Shown here: piece after piece, positions 63,301 through 64,000 of the stretch | Numbering within the stretch: the stretch's first letter is position 1 | How the letters are laid out: the number at the start of each line of letters is the position of its first letter | Origin: Narcine bancroftii | Taxonomy: Eukaryota | Length of the DNA: 64,000 bases | Assembly (NCBI RefSeq): GCF_036971445.1 | Contig: NW_027211801.1 | Span: 682,001 to 746,000, forward strand | Direction: 5' to 3' | Translations under genes and position numbers: made by a program | Notes under the pieces: generated by a model | The model's input: the letters and a program-made list of their open reading frames with translations, nothing else | The model's database searches: none | Told to the model about the DNA's origin: nothing

Positions 63301-64000
63301 CTGTTGTGGCGGGTGAATGGTAAGTAGTGGGGTTTGTAGTTGCTCGCGATCGGCGGACGGGCCCTGGCGGTCGTCAGCGATGGACGCTAGGGTGAGCACC
63401 TGGTTGGCCGCGGGGGTGGCTGCGGCGGCGGTAGCGTCGGCCCCGGGGGTGTCTGTGGCGGCGGCAGCAGCGGCGGTAGCAGCGGCGGTAGCGTCGGCCC
63501 CGGTGCTGTCCGTGGCGGCGGCAGCAGCGGCTGTAGCGTCGGCCCCGGAGGTGTCCGTGGCGGCGGCAGCAGCGGCGGTAGCGTCGGCCCCGGGGGTGTC
63601 CGTGGCGGCGGCGGCAGCAGCGGCGGTAGCGTCGGCCCCGGGGGTGGCTGTGGCGGCGGCAGCAGTGGCGGTAGTGTCAAGTGTTCTGCACGGGGGCGAG
63701 AGGCAGGCCATCACCATGGTTGCGACGGTGGGTTGCACCTTCCGGGTTCGGCGTCTCCGTGACGTCAGGCGTTGCCGTGCAGGGGAGCCCTCGCTCTCAT
63801 TGGACGAGAGCTCTGGGGAAGAAGAGTTTGAATGGGATAGTGGCGGTTGAGCTTCACACGAGGCACTGTGTTTGCTGGCGGCCATTTTAGACCTACAGAC
63901 TGCAGCAAAGTGGCCGTTTTTAAGGCACTTCTGGCACCTGGCTTTTCTTGCTGGGCACTGGGATCTGCTGTGCTTGTCCCTCCCGCAGAAATAACATTTC
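60337..64000 (-). CDS. Gypsy gag-pol polyprotein, single open frame of more than 1200 codons running off the window
   Basis: Two knuckles CYFCGRDKHSRSQC and CQKCLKNGHFAAVC, in frame upstream of 63885; protease LFDSGS; RT VVDY, PFG, YLDN; RNase H DAS; integrase HHCC and VDFKGP...DSG...VER.N; no stops. Confidence 0.93.
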   Translation of the reverse strand, partial: KCYFCGRDKHSRSQCPARKARCQKCLKNGHFAAVCRSKMAASKHSASCEAQPPLSHSNSSSPELSSNESEGSPARQRLTSRRRRTRKVQPTVATMVMACLSPPCRTLDTTATAAAATATPGADATAAAAAAATDTPGADATAAAAAATDTSGADATAAAAAATDSTGADATAAATAAAAAATDTPGADATAAAATPAANQVLTLASIADDRQGPSADREQLQTPLLTIHPPQQHFREVLQPAPRALTTSSRCVTSSRCETSLRKTRLSTASITLNQQCSHPLTRAMELIKVHGHYTNCLFDSGSTDSFIQPDLALHWGLDIIPTTQRISLATRSQSTGIKGYCIATLEVQGVTVTHFKLFVLPQLCAPVLLGLDFQCQFQTVSLHFGGPHAPLSVCHRPTPKAPEQPAPVPRGQSCGLSTLRIAPPALFANLTPGWKPVATKSRQYSYENRQFIRSEVHRLLDEGIIEPSSSPWRAQVVVVKNGEKLRMVVDYSQTINRFTLLDAYPLPRITDVVNQIAQYRIFSTIDLRSAYHQLPIRCEDRPFTAFEANGRLYQFLRVPFGVTNGVAVFQREMDRMVDQNGLTATFPYLDNITICGHDMQDHDANLDKFLQTARQLNLTYNLDKCVFRTTRLAILGCVVENGIVMPDPDRMRPLMDLPPPHTQKALKRCLGLFSYYAQWVPNYADKARPLIKTTSFPLSTEATAAFDRIKSDIAAATLHAIDESVPFQVEGDASDFALAATLNQAGRPVAFFSRTLQGPESRRSSIEKEAQAIVEAVRRWRHYLTGRRFTLLTDQRAVSFMFSNTQRGKIKNDKIARWRIELSTFNYDILYRPGKLNDPPDALSRGTCASIQMDRLRKLHEALCHPGVTRFAHFVKARNLPYTVEEIRSMTRACSVCAECKPHFFRPDNSHVIKATRPFERLSVDFKGPLPSTNRNTYILTAIDEYSRFPFAVACPDTTATSVIQALHSIFTIFGYPNSIHSDSGSSFMSAELQQYLLECGIASSRTTSYNPRGNGQVERENATIWRAVTLALRSKGLPTSHWQEVLTSALHSIRSLLCTATNATPHERMFLFPRKSESGTTVPAWLTVPGPVLLRRHVRHSKNDPLVDRVTLLHANPHYAYVEFPDGREDTVSVRDLAQDAVDPANPPTPYAPGPVPQQKDQQHPNDSGHPADKTTGELSDGAVAPDEPAGDTTPATPIPAPRRSRRMVRPPDRYSP
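63410..63675 (-). repeat. Coding GC-rich minisatellite (about 5-6 units of 42-54 nt) encoding (ATAAAAAATDTPGAD)n
   Basis: GCGTCGGCCCC recurs five times; all unit lengths are multiples of 3. Confidence 0.92.

Noticed and set aside
63410-63675. Resemblance of the Ala/Thr repeat to antifreeze (glyco)proteins
   Set aside because: No strict (AAT)n or 11-residue periodicity and no signal peptide; it is embedded in a Gypsy polyprotein. The similarity is compositional only.
63317-63850. 177-aa antisense ORF and Pro-rich alternative-frame ORF
   Set aside because: By-products of a GC-rich, stop-poor repeat.
1-64000. CRISPR arrays, tRNA/rRNA genes, prokaryotic operons
   Set aside because: None seen; tRNA-complementary sequence is limited to retroelement primer binding sites.

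Overview
Eukaryotic, repeat-saturated DNA (by eye roughly 85-90% transposable elements), almost certainly from a cartilaginous fish (shark or ray). No clearly intact host gene is present. Host-derived remnants are: (i) a germline-joined VJ immunoglobulin lambda (type II) light-chain gene at 26.1-26.7 kb (+), with a frameshifted leader, mutated splice sites, an open V ORF and an unusually long CDR2; (ii) a light-chain C exon pseudogene at 48.9-49.2 kb on the opposite strand; (iii) a two-exon GPR139-like GPCR pseudogene at 16.1-18.1 kb (-). About 5.7 kb at the start of the window is an old inverted duplicate of the DNA just downstream of the VJ gene. Mobile content: a young class I (HERV-I-like) provirus with about 99% identical LTRs, a tRNA-Pro PBS and a deleted env (53.3-60.0 kb); a class III-type provirus with a gamma-type env (33.9-44.9 kb, interrupted by an L1 that is itself interrupted by a Gypsy); three decayed CsRn1-clade Gypsy elements with tRNA-Trp PBSs; an apparently intact Gypsy gag-pol with a YLDN RT motif and a coding Ala/Thr minisatellite (60-64 kb); four young RTE insertions, one with a twin-priming inversion; solo LTRs; and many CR1, L1, Rex1/Babar, Penelope and Tc1 fragments. 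All calls come from reading motifs by eye, with no database search. Boundaries of old repeats are approximate. I found no convincing new biological system; the strongest leads are given as testable hypotheses.
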